From Candidatus Nanopusillus sp. (GTDB lineage Archaea; Nanobdellota; Nanobdellia; Nanobdellales; Nanobdellaceae), in NCBI GenBank assembly GCA_028275775.1, contig JAPWTZ010000026.1, positions 1-5,058 of the forward strand: 5,058 nucleotides of DNA, given 5' to 3'. The translations under genes were made by a program, and so were the position numbers. Position 1 is the first letter of the stretch; each line of letters begins with the position of its first letter. Below, one piece after another: positions 5,020-5,058 of the stretch. Under the pieces are notes generated by a model. That model was not told the DNA's origin. It was given only the letters and a program-made list of their open reading frames with translations, and did no database searches.

Positions 5020-5058
5020 ATGAAAACTAAATTAAAAAAGGAATTATTCGAAAAAGAT
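5020..5058 (+). CDS. Possible 5' end of a divergently transcribed gene (MKTKLKKELFEKD...), truncated by the window edge.
   Basis: ATG at 5020 followed by 12 open codons to the window end. The K/E-rich composition resembles the other proteins, and a matching TATA-like box sits at the same spacing as for the operon. Far too short to be sure. Confidence 0.3.
   Translation, partial: MKTKLKKELFEKD

Noticed and set aside
1-5058. CRISPR array, rRNA, IS element or transposase, and integrase
   Set aside because: There are no regularly spaced repeats of 24-40 bp, no terminal inverted repeats flanking an ORF, no rRNA-like GC-rich conserved stretches and no recombinase motifs in any frame. None is supported in this window.

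Overview
AT-rich window, roughly a quarter G+C by eye. One co-directional, tightly packed six-gene operon on the minus strand (68..4539) dominates it. A ~480-bp ORF-free, extremely AT-rich spacer follows (4540..5019), then the first 13 codons of a possible divergent plus-strand gene (5020..5058). Gene junctions are very short: TAA-N1-ATG, TAA-N4-ATG, an ATGA overlap, TAA-N5-ATG and a 26-nt gap. This suggests a single transcript with translational coupling. Only two products can be assigned from sequence. The 511-aa protein is a clear AAA+ ATPase (Walker A TPPSTGKT, Walker B YIVIDEID, sensor-1 Asn, box VII Arg, sensor-2 Arg). From memory, its motif order resembles the BrxL/Lon-like ATPase module of BREX, but it has no Lon protease domain and no BREX partner genes in view. 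The 78-aa first gene looks like a ribbon-helix-helix regulator. The 235-aa protein carries a hairpin motif (GFIVENEPGIYELVDCKT ... YRIQ) reminiscent of RecB/Cas4/Hjc-type PD-(D/E)xK nucleases; this is weak, motif-level evidence. The other three proteins (207, 301 and 146 aa) are ORFans to my eye; the 301-aa one has a long E/K coiled-coil tail. Both divergent start codons lie about 21-22 nt downstream of an identical TTTTTAAAT box. That geometry fits archaeal TATA boxes driving leaderless mRNAs, and Shine-Dalgarno motifs are essentially absent. A GC-rich 11-mer plus T7 at the left edge looks like a bacterial-type terminator arm, so the host domain is unresolved. Overall this is a candidate uncharacterised defence or mobile-element module. 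All functional calls need HMM or structure searches that I cannot run.
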